From assembly GCA_010909165.1 (NCBI GenBank), contig VJWM01000011.1, positions 1,178,001 through 1,242,000 on the forward strand: DNA of 64,000 nt. Direction: 5' to 3'. Below are positions 1 to 12,814 of this stretch, one piece after another. The position numbers and the translations under genes were made by a program. This stretch comes from Anthoceros angustus (taxonomy: Eukaryota > Plantae > Anthocerotophyta). The notes beneath the pieces were generated by a model. It made no database searches. It saw nothing but the letters and a program-made list of their open reading frames with translations, and was not told the origin of the DNA. Positions within the stretch are counted from its first letter, which is position 1; every line of letters begins with the position of its first letter.

Positions 1-30
1 GAGTAAAATCTGGCGTGGCATGGATGTGGA

Positions 31-726
31 GTGGCATGGAAATGGAAGCTCCGGAATAGGACTACGCAGCTGCTCGGATATAAAAGGACGGGATTCAGAC
101 TATACCAAGCTTGCCAAACTTGCAACACAACCTTGCAAAATGGAAGCTGGTGCAAAAAATGCGGGAAGGATACTGTTGGTCTGCTTCTCTATCGATTGGA
201 GATATTGGTTGCAGATTTTACAATGCAGTACATGGCAACTGCGTTCAGGGGAGCTCGAGATCTGCTGCGACTACACCCCGAAGAGTTCAGTTCCTTACAA
301 GTGCAAGGGAAGGAGAGGCCAGTCTTAGATTGCATGGTAGGGAAGCACTTCAATTGCATGTTCTCGCTCCAAGCACCCAGTGATAGGCACGGGGCTTCCC
401 TTATCATTGACCGGGTAGATGCGCCCTTCATCCAGGAGTTGTTTCCAGACTGCTTAAGGGATTCACTTGTAACTCTCCCGCGGCATAGCGTGTTGCACAC
501 TCCTTACCAGCCCAATGATTATGATAGTTGTGATTCAGGAAGCCAACACACTCAGTCCAGCAAGTTGGCAAGTCCACGGGACATTCCCGCAGCTGCAATT
601 GTGATTTTGTGCTCTGCTGTGTCAGCAATTGGGGGCATTGTTTTCGTTTCTGTTCCACCTCTAGTTTTGACTGTGATTCTTAGTATCATGCTAGGAACTG
701 TGGTCTTCGTTCTCCTTGTAATGTAG
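31..726 (+). CDS. RPA70 C-terminal-like OB-fold/zinc-ribbon protein with hydrophobic C-terminus (5' end uncertain)
   Basis: YQACQTC...WCKKCG...YRLEILVAD...ATAF resembles the Rep_fac-A_C pattern. The last ~45 residues are strongly hydrophobic. The ORF starts at GTG, so an upstream exon may lie outside the window. Confidence 0.5.
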   Translation: MAWKWKLRNRTTQLLGYKRTGFRLYQACQTCNTTLQNGSWCKKCGKDTVGLLLYRLEILVADFTMQYMATAFRGARDLLRLHPEEFSSLQVQGKERPVLDCMVGKHFNCMFSLQAPSDRHGASLIIDRVDAPFIQELFPDCLRDSLVTLPRHSVLHTPYQPNDYDSCDSGSQHTQSSKLASPRDIPAAAIVILCSAVSAIGGIVFVSVPPLVLTVILSIMLGTVVFVLLVM

Positions 727-810
727 CATGGGTGCCCACCAACTAAGATGTCAACTGTGGGTTCTGAGGAGCTAAAACAAAATTGCTACGTTTGAGCTCA
801 AACAAAATTG

Positions 811-2700
811 TCACGTTTCGGCCAACACATCTATATCCGGTTGCAACCCTACTGCTAATTGGACAAAGTTCTTAGGTCTACGTACTACAGACAGTTTCCA
901 TGTTTGAACTGCCGGAACATCAATTTCTAATCTTGGGACACTTCTCGTTCTCTCTCTTCTAGGTCCCGTTTCCCAAAAGGGCCTTTTTCGTTTGAAAGAA
1001 TTGTCTGTATGTGTCGGATCGTGTTCTAGAATTGGTGTTCGATGCAGCTGGTGAAGGTCAAGATCAGCTCCCAAACCTTCGACCTGTCTTGCTAAGTGTC
1101 CCATCATAGCAGCAACATGGCTTTCTAACTGAGGCCACTTATGGACCATTCCCGTAATCTCTGCCCAGCTAGCATCCATGGACCGCACACCCTATTTTGG
1201 GCACCACACTTGGGGCCCGTCTTCAAAAACATTTACTGTAGGCTCCTCATAACATGGTGCCTGCATGACTTGACTTGCCAAATTGATACTATCAATTCCA
1301 TGTTCCTTCGACATAATCATGAATTTGTGCACAAGTATTTGTGTGGCCGTAATCTGGTTTAACATCAGCAAGACCTTGACTTGATGTTTGCACACAAATC
1401 CATTCAACTCTTGTTTGCAGTTGCAAGCAGCCCACTGCCTTCCTCCATGCAGAACCTCGTACTCCACTACCGACCTGTTAAGTGGCTTCTGACTTTTAAC
1501 ATAGGCTGAAGAATTATCCACTGTCGGGAGTGTGACATCAACATTTGAAATTTGAAGTGCCTTGGCAATAGCATGCTGCACAAGCCTCTCTAATTTGGTG
1601 TTGTAAACCATATTCAGCAACCTGCACTGTGATTGGAACCAAAAATGCCGATTGACTTCATCCAAGAACATGTAGCAACCACTCTAAACGTCTACATGTA
1701 AGTCGCTTCTTGGTTAGAAGACACCTAAATTTCAAATGCTGGTGGTAGGCTTCTATGCTGTTGTTGCAGTCTTGGCCAGCATGTGGGACTTCTTGAGCTG
1801 CTTTTATCCACATGGGCATGTTTTGCCCTCATTGCCGCTTAAAATATGTCACAAATCCAGGCTCCGTTATTGCATATGAGGAGTAGAATGCATCAAGCTC
1901 TTCCACAGCGTTCTCCATAGCACAACCCTGCTCATCCATATACATGATTTTACCAAGTGTGCCCATCATGTCCCCTCTCCTCACTCTATTTTTCACCTTC
2001 TTTATGAGTTGTCTCAACCAGGCACGCCGCACATGCTACAAACACAAGAACACCAGCATGTTAGAGCCGAATACTTGTCGTATAGCATTGATCTCGGCTT
2101 GCCAATCGTCCACCAAGAAGGCGTTGGGCTTCCAAGCCTGAATAGCCTTCACCATGACCTACTTTAAAGCCCCCAACCATGCACTAATACTCTCAGAAGT
2201 GCCTCTGTCAGAAATGATCCATGCCGTCGGCAGCCCGTTCATGTGGTCATCGAAGACCAACAATGTGAAAAACTGAAATTTCCACTTATTAGTCCCGGAA
2301 GTGGCATCCATAGAAACAATCGAGTTATGGCCCCACCTCAACATAGATGAGTGCTGAAATGTTGTTTGAATACCTATTGTAAAGTGACACACGTCTGTAG
2401 ACTCACAACTGAAAGAAGAAAAGAAAATCTCATGAAAATCATGAGAAGAATGCAAAGTTATGAGATAAACAGGCACTTCAAAGAAATCCAGCATCCTCCC
2501 GAACCCATCGGCGGGCATGCATCTGTCCTTGGTGAACCCTGAGTAGACATAATTACACGAATTGTGAGAACATTTGGATGCCGTTGCCCACAGAGTTAGA
2601 AAATGTGGCTCTCACATGAACACAGCCAGACATTCACACAAAGGACACGATACACACGCAGGACTCTAAGGCTCAAATCAGGCATTATCACCATTCTCAC
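811..2700 (-). mobile_element. Mutator-like (MULE) DDE transposase pseudogene with SWIM zinc finger
   Basis: In-order motifs VSMDATSGTN, FLVDD, FLCL*HVRRAW, NNSIEAYHQHLK, RRLEWLLHVL and the SWIM finger CNC...CKH. Several premature stops. Confidence 0.8.
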
Positions 2701-3579
2701 CACGCCCATCTGACAATCACCCACCTCCTTTAGCGGCCGATCTTCCAGCTTCATCGGCGGACGTTCATCTAGCTCCTTCAGCGCCCGGTCATCGTCCTTC
2801 ATTGAGACGCGTTCCCTGTCCCGTGAACATGTTTGTTTGTGCAAACTTGTGATTAGGGCACGCTTCGCTTCGAGTTTGAAATGGAACTTAAGCCGACGTT
2901 GAAAAGGATTCCATGGCGCTGTCCATGTTGCACAAACCGGTGCCGGGAGCCGCGGGTTGCCGCATACGATACGGGATGCGCTCATACGCATATTTATACA
3001 TGCATGGTCATATGGACATGGCATGGCGGTCATGCCACAAGGGAGGCCGGGGCGGTGGGGCCCACCTCCTCGGGAGAAGTGCGCCTTACTTTGAGGAGGA
3101 TTAGCTGCGCCATACAGGCTGCCATCGTATTTTGCAACACACACGACAACCCCACAGCACAACCCGATATGCACCCACAATACCGTTACAAACCCTTGCA
3201 CAACCCCAAAGATGCACCTACGATCACCGTTATAAACCCTCGCTTCCCAACAATCTTTTGTCATGGCTTTCACCGCTAAGTGAGTTTGAGGATACCGTCT
3301 TCACTTTGCCACCAGCCTCATGCAACGCTAGCCTTAGATCGTTCAACAGGTGTATACTCTTGCCGACATCTCCGGTCTTCCACCGTAAACGTGCACCTTC
3401 TCTCCGTGTTCTATCCTCAGGCCGGCTTCTTCCATGCACTCGTAATCTCAACTCATCCACTTCCTTGATGCAGTCCCACAATGAGGTTGTGATGTACCGC
3501 AGTGACTTAATCGCGGTGCAGAGTATGAATCGAGCATCAAGCCTAAACAAACCAAACCAAAGACAAACAGATTAACATG

Positions 3580-4030
3580 GAGCGGAAGCCAAGAGCGAGA
3601 TCTGAAGGCAGCGGGAAGTGGAAGGCAGGAGCGATATGAAGGCAGCAGGAAGTGGAAGGCAAGAGCGATCTGAAGGTAGCGGGAGCGGAATCCAGGAGCG
3701 GGGATCGGCTCGGGATGGGGGCGCAAGGGATGGGGAACAGGATGGTGGGCGGGGTGGGGCATGGGCAAGCATCCAGGTGGGTAGGGACAGGAGGTGCGTG
3801 TGGCGGGAGGGCGTGAGGACGGGAGGCGCGGACGCGGGAGGCGCGGGACGGGAGGGCGCGGACGGGAGGGCGCATGGACGCTGGGAGGGCGCGGACGCGG
3901 GAGGGCGCGGACGGGAGGGCGATGGACGCGGGAGGGCGCATGGGAGGGCGCGGGAGGGCGTGAGGACGGGAGGGCGCGGGAGGGCGCGGACGCTGGGAGG
4001 CGCGGGAGGAAGGCCGCGAGCGCGGGGATA
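3580..4030. repeat. G-rich low-complexity array (GGGAGGGCGC-type units, preceded by two GAAGGCAGCRGGAAGTGGAAGGC units)
   Basis: Repeated gggagggcgc/ggac units are directly visible; the overlapping ORFs are low-complexity. Confidence 0.85.
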
Positions 4031-4964
4031 GGGGTAACCTCCTGAAATGTGCTGGTCTACAGCCCCTTCAGCTCCCCCCACGGATTTGTATAGAGCTCAA
4101 CTTCTGCTCCAAGGAAGCCAAGACCCTGATTGCCAAAATCCTCCAAAGATATAGACTTGCCGTGTCTTCTTGTAAAGAGAAAGAGAAGCATGCCCCATTC
4201 CTGACAACGTGGGTAGCAATGCTGAATAGGAAGTTGCACCAATCGAGAGGACTAACCGAAACTTGCCACTGCACCAGCATTGGCATGCTTCATGCTGTAT
4301 TGCTGTCCGGGTTGGGTATCGTGCTAATTTGCGAAACAAGCCAATGAAGGAGTCCAAGCTACACAAGGTGAGTAACAATCTCAACAAATTCCTCATTTAC
4401 GAAGCATTCATCACGGGCAGCTGCAAGCTTGGTAGCAGTTAAGTTTGGCAGCCCTCAGCCCTCGGTTACAAATGTATGAGAGGCTGCACTAAGTACATAC
4501 AAGCCTTCAGAGACTTCACCAAACACAAACAAGCCTTCAATGATGACAAAACAAAGGCATCACAAAGTATACACTTTCTTCTTCTTCGGTCTTGAACGTT
4601 CTTCAATGCCCTTGAAACACACCAATCGGTTGGTCCCGTCATTCGGAACAAACTCCTCTAATACTGGTGTACTTCTTGAGGCCTCGTCAACCCGATTGTG
4701 CTGCAACCTCCCTAAAACGATGTTGTGCTTGTTCCATTATTGCGCAGACCTCAAACAAAATAGCAGGCTTGGCTTCCACAATGCTTGGAATACCCATGCA
4801 AATTGCATCCAAGTCTCGACGTCATTTCAGCTTCAACTCCTCCAAGCTACCTAGGTCTTCGAATCCTTCCGATAGAAACTTGCAGCACATTTGAAGCCTT
4901 CACCAGAAATGAAATCTACTACTCTACTCCATGGAATGTAGGCAATCTTCAAATCCTTCAGAAC

Positions 4965-5251
4965 CTGCCAAGTTAGATTGTCGGTGCAGAATTGACCAAG
5001 CCTTGGAAATTGCACCTGCTGTGGGCACTCCATGGACGAAGCACGCTTGGCGGCCAGAATGCTTGGTTTAGGTTAATCTGTTTGTCTTTGGTTTGATTTG
5101 TTTGAAACTGCCAAGTTAGATTGTCGGTGCAGAATTGACCAAGCCTTGGAAATTGCACCTTCTGTGGGCACTCCATGGACGAAGCACGCTTGGCGGCCAA
5201 AATGCTTGGTTTAGGTTAATCTGTTTGTCTTTGGTTTGATTTGTTTGAAAC
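4965..5251. repeat. Tandem duplication, 143 bp x2
   Basis: ctgccaagttagattgtcgg starts at 4965 and again at 5108; the copies are nearly identical. Confidence 0.95.
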
Positions 5252-6981
5252 AGCTCGCGCTCAGTTCATACTCCCCGCGCATGGTTCTAAAATTAAGCAT
5301 GGTTTACATCACAACCTCGTTGTGGTGTGGGTGCGCATACTGGGGTTGTGCCGTGAGGTTGTGGCATGCGTGCTCGGCAAAATACGACAGTGACATGCCC
5401 TGTATGGACCGCTACATGGTGTTATGTTCAGTGTATACCATGATGAGAGAGAATCGTGATGGGCAAGGCATGCCATGCCATGCTAGATTTTACACGCGTG
5501 AAGCATTGATTGCTTCGGAGATTGAGATGAGATTGAGATGCAGGCGCTATGGTGAAGGGTGTGTTGCCTATATCATTCACAAAGCCGGGGAAAGATGTTT
5601 ATTGAAGTCCACAAAGGATAAAACTTCGTTTCTTATAAGCCCCATAATTACGTGGTACGTAAAAAATGTGGAAGGTTCATAGAATTTTACGATGTTTTTT
5701 TTTGTGTATCTACTATAGATATCCTGTAAAATGATCTAACGAACCCTGTAAAATACGTAAATAAAATTATCAAAATAAATAATCAATAATTGTACTTGGC
5801 ATAACGAGGAAACTCTACTTCTACTCAAAATTCTAACCTTCTAACCGAAGTCATACCAAGGTCTAAGACATCATTTTGTAAGCCATAGCCAAATAGTCAT
5901 CATGTTCCATGAAAGAACCAAGTTGTTGCTCCTCTTCTTCATCATTTCCTTCAAGGGTCTCTTCTACAACATATTGTGATATTGCAGAATGGGAGTGGGT
6001 GGGAACCGGAGTGCACTGGGAGTGGGTGGGAACATGAGTGCACGGAAACTAGAGTGCCCGACAATAATGAGTAAAGGAGCGAGTAAAATCAAGAACAAGT
6101 ATAAAGAAAGGTAAAGAAAAAAAAGAAATATAATAAAAATACAAAGAAATTATGGAACGGGTGTGTCAAATTTATCATGCTACTGGAATGTACGCCTAAA
6201 GAACAAAAGAAGCGTTTTGTACGTTAAAAAATTATAAAAAACGTAAGAGTTATTCTTCGTAACTATGAAGAGCCCTTCCTTGGGTACCGTTTAAGTTGGA
6301 ATTGAGCATGGTTTCTGCGGATTATGAGGAGTTCGAAGACCCGCGTAAGACGAATGATGACAAGACCAGTTACATGTATGGAGGGCCAGATTACCAGTAA
6401 TGAGACAGTCATACACGGACATGAGACATTTTATTGAACTGTTTCAGTGGAGTTTGCTCAAACGAAGGCAAAGCCGACTGTGCTAAAAAAAAAAGCATGT
6501 GCACGTTCGACTCCTTAGTCTTCACCCCCCTCCCAAACCATAACTAACAAGCCAAATCGTTTTCACCGACAGCTACCTTCACCTCTGGACGATCTACATG
6601 AAACAAGGAGACAAGGCCTGGTCGAGCAACTTCCACAGTTCTCGAAGCACTCCCGGCGCCGTTTAACATTTCCACCTCGGAAATTGACAGGCTTCAACAT
6701 GCTGATTTGTAAAGCTGTGCTCATATCTGCAAGGGCATCTCCCGGAAAAATAGGGCGACAACCTGCGCCATCAGCACAAGAACCTAAGACCCTAAACACG
6801 AAGACCTTACTTTCCACCTCGCGGTGTCAAGACACAGGAGAGAAAAATCTGTCACAACCTCGCATACACTGCTGACTGACCGATGGAAAATATACCTCCA
6901 CAGACCAGATAATCAATTATGGGTAGTACAGTTAGATGGGAGATGGGTATGTACAGAACTGCTTGCAAAACTTATGCACAC

Positions 6982-7554
6982 CTAGAACTCCTGAGATGCG
7001 CTCCCGATGTCGCCCTTGCCAGTCTTCGTCTTCTTGGGCAGCAGCACAGCATGGATATTAGGCAGCACGCCCCCGCTGGCAATTGTGACGGTCCCCAGAA
7101 GCTTACCCAGCTCCTCGTCGTTCCTCACCGCCAGCTGAATATGGCGGGGGACAATTCTAGTCTTCTTGTTATCTCGAGCGGCATTTCCGGCCAGCTCCAG
7201 CACCTACATCACAAAGAGGCACATTAGCGAATTTACAGTAACCTCTTGTAACATAGAGGTACCTTGCTTACGTACAAACTCATGCTCAGTTCTACCCTAA
7301 CAATGACCCCGAGACAGCAACGCCGTCCGCTAGGTCACACAGACAAGGACCCTCACCTCAGCAGCAAGGTACTCCAAAACAGCCGCCAGATAGACAGGCG
7401 CTCCCGCACCAACACGCTCAGCGTACTTGCCGGCCTTCAGGAACCTGGCAATCCTGCCGACAGGAAACTGCAGGCCAGCCTTAGAGGAGCGGGAGACAGG
7501 CTTGGAGCCCTTGGTCTTGCCCCGTCCACCGCCGCCACCACCGGTAGAACTCAT
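6982..7554 (-). CDS. H2AX: Histone H2A.X (2 exons: 7554-7357, 7203-6982; 139 aa)
   Basis: Canonical H2A core ([15 protein letters not shown]...LEYLAAE|[14 protein letters not shown]), GT-AG intron at the usual plant position, C-terminal SQEF motif. Confidence 0.97.
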
Positions 7555-8229
7555 GGCTGCTCTTGCCTAGCTTGCAAACACCTTCAAACAAGCAGAACAA
7601 CATCTCAGCAAAGCGCAGCGGCGAGGAGCCGCTGAAAACTGGAACCGGAAAGCACACAAGTCGCATACGCTCGCAAACCCTTCCCGCCTTCCTCCTCACA
7701 GCAAAAACGCTAGGCAGATGCTCCGCAGAGACGCAGAGTGCAGAAATCGAGCGCACACGGAAACGGAATGAGAATTGATGGAGCAAAGGGCAGACTATAT
7801 AGCACCTAACGCGACGTCGAAGCCGCTCTGTCGAGAGCAGGCGACGCTCCTCCTCCGCGCGCGAATGACCTACTGCAAAGAGCGGGCAAAAGAGACCCCT
7901 CCTTGAAATGTCAGTGCTGTGAACCCCAGGTTAACAACTGGACCCCGAGTTGGGGCCCGCCATCCGATTTATAAGACCGCTCAGTTTGAAATTTTGGCTC
8001 CACACATGAACCTTCCGGACTTGGTAGTCAAATTCCAATGTGGGAAGCGACTTTATGTATTAGGAAAATATGTACAGGCAGTTGCAAGGGCCTTGGAACT
8101 TCTCAATGCGCTGGGGAATACTTCCTTTTTGGTGGTAAGTGCTTTCTCCTGCCGCTTATCCATTTCTCCAAGCCTCTTCATAACAATAAGAGGCTTGATC
8201 TTGGATGACAGCTTGCAGAGAAATGGCCT

Positions 8230-9434
8230 CTAAAGAAGCTGCCCTGTAATTGTGGTAGGAGCTGGATTCCTCTTTAGGACCACCAGAGCAAGTACAAGTA
8301 TGGTGAGCACCATGCAGGCTTTGAACGGCTTGTCCACAGGGTCACTGTTTCTGTCGCCAAACACCTTTCTGTCCACCACACCGAAGACACTGTTCACCAT
8401 GTCGATTAGAGTGTCCATCATGTCCCACACGGCGTTCTTCACACACAGCACTGCCATCAGCACGGGGTTGATTCGTGCTGTGCAGTCGGGACTTGCTGGT
8501 TCCATTGAGGGAAGTGCTGCAAAACGATAATGGGAGAAAGGGTAAGGTCATTTGCAAATAGAATACTGCTGTGCTGTGTTGTCACGATCAGCTAGGTAAG
8601 CACCTTCAAGCTGAGGGAGCCTCATTTGCTTGTTGCGCATAAGCTCCTGCACCTTGTCATTTTTCACAAATGCGTCCCAGATAGCGGGATCTCTGGCCAG
8701 TGACACCACCGCAGCCTGCGGGAGTAATGGTGCGTTAAGTGACAGGCAAGAAGGAACTATCGTGCCGCAAGCTCGAAGTCTAAACACGGAACGTACCTGC
8801 ACATCTGGATCTCTTTGAAGAAGGTCCACACACTGGTCCACTACAGAGGCCCCTCTTCTGGTCTGCGGATAAGCAAAAGCACGATCTGCTGATGAACCAG
8901 TCCAGTTCCTACTTAACTGCAGATCCTCAGCAGGCTCCTTGGATGCCACATCCTCATTCGAGTCCAGCACCTGTCCACCCGGGAAAACTCGACTGTCTTT
9001 TTGCTCTCTGAAACCGTCATCGTACTGACTGCAAAAACAAGACGACTTCATCAACAGCAGGCTTCCACTCGATGGACAGAGTCTCCCACGCTGCTGGTGC
9101 AAATGGATCCAGCAAAATGTTCAAAAAATGCAACTCACTTCTGCACGTAGTGTGTCTTGAGGTCAAGAGTCACTTCCTCAACCTCCTCCAGCGACGGAGC
9201 CTCCCGCAACCACGTTCCAGCTCCTTCCTGGCACAAATCGTACTCCTCCTCATCAATGTAGTAGCTTGGCTGTGGCTTCAAGAATCGGGAATTCGACTGA
9301 TTCTCCAAGCACCTCGACGAAGAAGCCGACTCCACGTACTCGGAGATCACAGCTCTGCCAGCACCCCCGGACATCACAGGTATACCACGGGACATCGCCT
9401 TTGCGACTGGATCGCTCGACAATCCCAAGAGCAT
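8230..9434 (-). CDS. Conserved plant protein, UCP012943-like, multi-exon with C-terminal TM helix
   Basis: EAPSLEEVEE, VVSLARDPAIWDAFVKNDKVQEL and a terminal MVLTILVLALVVLKR. Exon ends and stop are approximate. Confidence 0.55.
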
Positions 9435-9721
9435 GCATTCTCAAGCCATCACACTGTCCAGCACGGCGCGTGAAGAGAGTGAAAACGATTCTGGCAGGGC
9501 GTGAAGTCCAGCCAAGCCTGAGTCGTGAACGCACTCGGCACCCAGCACTCGAGATCCGCCTGAACCATTTGCCTCCGCTGCCCGTTGCACTCCGTGATGT
9601 CTTTTAGGGCTTCGCTGGCTCAGCGAGACGCGTGTGGAAACGTTTTCTGTGCAGACTGTAATAGAATGCCTCTCGCTCACAGTCGACGGAGGCGAGGCGG
9701 TGGCTGGTTGGAGCTCCGGCG

Positions 9722-11553
9722 ATGGCCGTCTTGGTGCTTGCGTCCTCCTCCTGCAAGCTGCTGGGAGCGTGCAGCTCGGTGTCTGTGGCGAGCGTCTTTG
9801 CCGCTCCTTCACTGACGGTTTTGAGCCATGTCCAGTCCGGGTGCCAGAATGCGGCACATTCTGGATTCGGGTTGGAGGTGAGGGAGCAGGCGGGTAGGAG
9901 GAGCCCCAAGGTGCCTTGCTGCACGCAGGCGGCGTCCTCTGAGGCGGCTTCCAGCAGCAACGGGGATGACGAAGGGGAGGTGGCTGCCAATCCGGCGGCT
10001 TTTGAGGAGTTTGTTCAGCTCAATCTCGGGTCTTGGCGGGGGAGCTTTACAGTATGTCCTTGTTTTTTTTTCTGTTGTTGTTGCACAGTAGTGTGCAGGC
10101 GCAGTGGTCTGACGCGATGGTATCTCCGCTGCAGCACAGCAATATGACATACTAGGAAGTACTCTTCAATGCATCCAGACTCGGCTGTCTTCCAACTCGT
10201 ATGGGAGGGGGGAGTTGTGTAGTCTGTACCAAACGTGAGTTTCCTCGCTTCACTATGCTGCATTGTTAGAGGCATTTTACTGAGTGAGAGTTTTCGTTCT
10301 CAGCCGTGGGGATGGTGCGGGTTTGTTTCCAGGATGAATGTGGAGCAACCGAGGTCTATGATCTTCACGGGGGAAGATGATTATGTGCCGCCGTGGTATG
10401 AAGTCAAGCTGGATGACATTACTTACGAGACGTTCAGCAGGCGGCAGGTGCAGATTTTTTTACGAGCTCTTAGTGAGATTGACAGCCTAACTGTCTGATG
10501 TGATGGTGCTCACACCCTTTCTTCGTGCGTCGGTGTCTCATCACGGTCTCTATCATTGGCAGATAGGGTTCTTCCCCGGTGCAAAAGCATATACGGCCTC
10601 ACACCAGACAGCGGAGCTACTCACTAAAGTGCTGCGTGCTGGAGTCCTCGGGGAGGACGATGACGAAGAAGACGAGTCTCCAGAGTATGCACTCTGCCTT
10701 CACTGTGCACACTATGTGTCCTGTTCATTCAATTCTGAAGTCGTTGCGTGGTTCTTATTGCAGGGGGGTCAAGCTTCCATCTCGCAGGCCGGCTCTTGTT
10801 AGCGAAAGCTGCTTGTATTCTGAGGATGGGGAAGATCGACTTCGAGCATTTCATGTTTTAGATCCTCGGGGGTTCGTTGACGTGATTGGTGTTTTCCGTG
10901 AACACAAAGAGGCTGGAGAGGCCAGCGAAGGATGTAGTATTCTGTTCCAGGTACTCCAGCTCATACCGCCATGACCTTTTCGTGCACATGGAAAGTTGTT
11001 CGTTCTTAGCTCATGATGCCGGCTTCTGTATAGGATTCCCCAGCAGAAAGACTGCAGGACTTGGTGGGAAAGTGGTCAGGGCGTGCTATCACGCAGCGAA
11101 GTGGCCTTTATGGCTCAACATTTCGGGAAGGAGACGTCAGTGTGGAATACAAGCTTACTGACGAAGGCTCTATAACTGCTGTAAGTCTCTTCCACCTCGT
11201 ATCCTTAACCAGGTCTAGTTATAGGATAGGCGACCTAACCTTCTGTTATCCGTCTGTAGCGCATTTTGTCGAACTACGGCCCTGGGGTAGCCGCGACGGT
11301 AAACTTGGTGGGTAGTGTTAACAAGACTCTCCTCCTCTTCGAGGGCGGGCTCCAGACTGTCCTTCTACCTGGAGGCGTATCGTTGACCTGCCCTGTAAGT
11401 GTGGGGAAAAGCGTGGGAAAATCACAGTCCTTTTACTTCGAGTTCGCATGGAGTGATAGGCCTGGTCACAGGAAGCGCCTAGTTCGAACATTCGACGCGG
11501 ATGGCTTGGTGGTGTCCACCACCTTGTCCACCGAAGTGAAGAATACATCGTAA
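9722..11553 (+). CDS. DUF3598-family protein with putative plastid transit peptide (multi-exon)
   Basis: Ser/Ala-rich N-terminus; FVQLNLGSWRGSFT; LPSRRPALVSESCLYS; LLPGGVSLTCP; RKRLVRTFDADGLVVSTT. GT-AG introns separate these blocks. Confidence 0.7.
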
Positions 11554-11804
11554 TTTGTAACCCTACTCGTCCTGGGACATTCCCGAAAAAATACTTGTGC
11601 TACCATTCACTGTTTCCGAACACTTCAATTCTCAGACGGCTACCCTTGTTGACATTAGCAAGAGGTTCACCATAGACACCGAGATAGAACCCTATTAAGG
11701 GAGGAACATAAGAAGTAACGAACAAGAATAACGTTCTCTCCTCCCACAAGACCAAAATTGTACATCCAGACAGGAATGCAGCCAAGGATTCTCGCACATG
11801 CTCA

Positions 11805-12293
11805 TCACTCGACCACAGCCAGCAAGTCTGTTGCTTTGCAAAAGCACAGCTTGTCGGAGCTTCCGAGATTCACCTCGTACGCATTCAAGTCCGAAAACAC
11901 GACCTTCTGGCCTTTCTCTATCGCCGAAACCTCGCTTCCTACCGCCAACACTTGACCGACCAAATAGCGCTCGAACTTGGCAGCCGATTTCGGCAGCAAG
12001 ACGCCTCCCGCGCTCTTATCAGGAACCTCCTCTAGCCGCACCAGCACTCTCTCTCCTTGCGGAACAACCTTGGAAACGTCCACCTGCTTGACAAGCGCTC
12101 TTACAGGCATCCTCGCCTGCAGCCCTGCGTTGCCAGATATTCTCTGCCTCATAACATTTCCACAAAACCCTGAGCCAGACCGGAACGATGCCACAGACGA
12201 CGCTCCCCTGGCTTGCGGAGCTGTGGAACAAGCCGGCGATTCAGTCACCAATGCCGAGCCCGCAGTTGCCGCCACAGCCACAGCCATCGCCAT
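11805..12293 (-). CDS. CPN10: Chloroplast chaperonin 10 (GroES), single exon, 162 aa
   Basis: Transit peptide followed by VPQGERVLVRL...SAGGVLLPKSAAKFERYL...YEVNLG...CFCKATDLLAVVE. Confidence 0.92.
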   Translation of the reverse strand: MAMAVAVAATAGSALVTESPACSTAPQARGASSVASFRSGSGFCGNVMRQRISGNAGLQARMPVRALVKQVDVSKVVPQGERVLVRLEEVPDKSAGGVLLPKSAAKFERYLVGQVLAVGSEVSAIEKGQKVVFSDLNAYEVNLGSSDKLCFCKATDLLAVVE

Positions 12294-12814
12294 TACGCTG
12301 GTCACAGATCGGCAGAAAGACAAGCGAGAAAGCCGAACCTGAAATGCAATCTGTTGTCGCGCAATGCCTATCGCACAGCACGGCAAAAGTTGCTCCAGAA
12401 GGTTCGGTGTTTTTGCATTAGGGTTTGCCATGCATTATCCAATATCCAATACGCTCCGTGGACCACTGGCCGTTCCGTTATTTGGGGCGGGGTGAAGGGC
12501 TCTGTGGTGGAATATAATTTGACAACGTGTTCTTGCCACTTGGTGCTTGCAGAAGAGGTAAGGCATCCCGCATCTCATCAAATGCGCGGAGGACGATTCC
12601 GTTTTCACAACTCATTCTGTATTTCCTTTTCGGAACTCGGATTTGGGCTTTGCAGGGCTACTCCGAGAGTGTGGCGTATGGCTGCATTCTGGAAGAGAAG
12701 CTAGGACGGGGAATTAGCTAGGTCTGGGATCTCTGCACATTCGTCTTGGTGTTGGGTGGAGCCCCAAAATCAAATCAGCACTGGGACGTTGGAGAGAAAA
12801 ATTTGGATTTTGAC

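Noticed and set aside
4097-4396. Kelch-repeat fragment (GHASLSL...VYIFGG)
   Set aside because: A single short motif with no further repeats or gene structure.
6354-6480. C/D-box snoRNA (ATGATGA at 6354)
   Set aside because: No D box (CTGA) or terminal stem at a suitable distance.
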